DNA of 64,000 bases, taken from contig CM059432.1 in assembly GCA_030390025.1 (NCBI GenBank), forward strand, positions 126,668,001 through 126,732,000. Reading direction: 5' to 3'. The notes under the pieces are model-generated. The model was not told the origin of the DNA, ran no database searches, and saw only the letters and a list, made by a program, of their open reading frames with translations. The DNA is from Squalus acanthias. Taxonomy: Eukaryota. Of this stretch, positions 61,661 through 64,000 are shown piece by piece. The position numbers and the translations under genes are program-made. Each line of letters opens with the position of its first letter. Within the stretch, counting starts at the first letter, position 1.

Positions 61661-62973
61661 AAATTGCTCTAGGATTTACATGGGGGGGTGATAGAGGCCC
61701 TGGAAAAAGTTCAAACAAGGACCACTAGATTGATACCTAGTTTAAAAAAACCTTAGTTACCATAGGCTGAGATATCTCGGGCTTTTTAACTCTAGAAAAA
61801 TCATAGACTTCAAGGAGATTTAACAAATCTTTAAAATAATGAAAGTATTTCATTCGGTCCATGTTGATAGACTATGAGTTAGATAGGTTAGGAAGGACCA
61901 GAGAACACCTGAAAACGTAGGTTAGATGTCAGGAAGTATTTCTTTTTACAGAGTCATGAACCTATGGAACATGTTGCTGGCTTGTGCAGCTTCAAATGTT
62001 CAAAAGAGAGCTGGATGAACTCCTAACTGACTGACATCACAACATATAAAATGTAGCTGGGATATTGGGGATGTATCTTCCAGTCACTGTAGCCTCCTGG
62101 AACTGGTTTGATTGCCTTTGGGCTGAGGAATTTCCCCAGTGTTTCCTCCCCATCTCAACTGGCCTAGGGTTCTTATCTCTTTCTTGCCTTTCCCAGAAGT
62201 GTGTGTGGCTGGATTGAGGGTAGGGGGACAAAGATGGAGCACATGGCATGCATAAGTTGCAGCACAACAATATGAGGCAGGTTTGATGGTCCAGCTGTCC
62301 TTTTCGTGTCCATTGCTTCTGTACCTTCGCATAGCAGAGAGACCCCATTTAACCCAGCGTGTCTGTACAGGCTCTGTGCTACAACAATCCAAAACCAACG
62401 CTACTGCAGACTTTTGGAGCTTGTTAGATTGCTTTTGGGTGTCAGATAAAATTCCTCAGATTTACTTCCTAAATAGGTCCAGGGTTGTTTTTCTCTTTTT
62501 TTTGCATCTCCCAGGAGATTATGTAAAGGCATTGGGGGGAAGAAAAAGGGAAGTTGGTGCAGGTAGCTGCAGTTGGTTTCCCCCCCCCCCCCACCCCGTG
62601 CTCCTTTTCATATGTAGACTTCAGCTAATCATTCAATTATACTTGGCAGGAATAACATTTAAGGTATAGGATTACTTTTCTGTCAATTGTTATTGCAAAA
62701 ATTGAAGAAACACCTGATACCTGCATCATTCTTATTGCAGTGAGCCCAGAATAACACATTTAAATCCTTTTATAATCTTGGGAATTTCCAATGGATTTCT
62801 CATCACTGAGCAAACCTCATTAACAAGAATCGCTGAAGCACAGTTTCTGTACAACAAAGTGTTTCCATAGCACTGTAACAGATTTGTTGTTTACTGTGGT
62901 CTCAATGAATTGACTTCAGAAGTGATCTTTCCAACAAAAGCAACAAATTTGCATTAGAAATAGAAGGACTTAC

Positions 62974-63087
62974 ATGAAGAGGCTGCTCAGCAACCACCAA
63001 CATTCGGTACTCTGCATATTTCCTAACATACTCATAAACATTCAAAGGAGTGACTGGGATGTTGGCTCCACCAGGAACAAGTTCAAC
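62974..63087 (-). CDS. UBR5: UBR5 HECT exon
   Basis: [38 protein letters not shown]; ctgcag acceptor, gtaag donor; joins in frame to the exon starting at 51254. Confidence 0.97.
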
Positions 63088-64000
63088 CTGCAGAGAAGAA
63101 AAACATCTTCAGAATTTTTTTTGACATGAGTAAACCGCTACATTTACTGAAAAGTTAGGAAAGGATATTATATTTTTAATCTACAGAAGCACTGGATCAG
63201 AATGCCTTTCCTTTGGACAGTAGAATATCACTGTTCAAAGCAAAACAAGTCTACATCTTTATTTACAACAGAAAATTGCTGTCAAATAAGAGACTTTTAA
63301 TCTCATCCTTTCATAAAAGAACCTATTCAAATCAATGAAAACAAAGCGGAACATGAACTGTGTGCAAACTTTGTGGCATTGGCTATGTGTACAATCTATT
63401 TAATTGTTTGATTATAAGCATTGTCTTTCTTATCCTTTGAACATAACTTAATTTCCACATATAAATAATTGGCTACTATCCAACTGGGAAGGGGGAAATA
63501 AAAACGATGAGTCATTGGATGCTCTGAGCACTTCAAGAGAAACACTACTTAGCACGTGACAGAGATTAGGCAAATTCTTTGACTGATGGTAGAGGAGGTT
63601 GAGAGAGATTCAATCGTCTCTCTAGTTGTGCAAACATAAAACTTGGGCTTGAATAGGGCACCTTAGTGAGAATAATTCTTTGAATACTTCATGCCTACTG
63701 CTCAATTCTGCATCTTGGTGTGGCAGCTTAGGAGGCGTGTTTCTCCATCAGTTTGAAACCCTGAAGTTGTGCAGAGAAGAATCAAGCTTTTACATTCAAG
63801 TAAGTAGGCTTGCCTACCAGCAAACAAGTCAACTACACTAAGCTCTCTCTTGTACTGAATTTGGCACATGCTATACACTTTGAAAAGGTGTGCAACATTG
63901 AAAGTCAGGAAACAGAGCAACTGGTAGCCTATGAACCTTGTGCATACTGATGAACTTTCTACAGACTAGTAGAATCAGAACACTATGGCACAGAGATGGG

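Overview
Vertebrate genomic DNA, very probably a cartilaginous fish (shark), judged from the repeat families (CR1, L2, RTE, Deu-domain tRNA SINEs, Penelope-like elements, Harbinger transposons). The right end holds the last four coding exons and 3' UTR of UBR5 (minus strand). The left end holds a CpG-rich promoter-like island (~5.9-6.3 kb), which synteny suggests is an NCALD 5' region. Between them, where RRM2B (p53R2) lies in human, are decayed but recognisable RRM2B-like exons with a stop codon, frameshifts and a Harbinger MITE inserted inside an exon, suggesting in-situ loss of the gene. The rest is mostly transposable elements. These include a near-complete two-gene Harbinger (HARBI1-like DDE transposase plus convergent spliced Myb/SANT gene) interrupted by a Penelope element, a young Penelope element with inverted ends and a 13-bp TSD, several Penelope-type minimal hammerhead ribozyme motifs, and a Harbinger derivative present twice whose transposase core is replaced by a Penelope-terminus hairpin. 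All homology calls are by eye and from recalled sequences; no searches were run.
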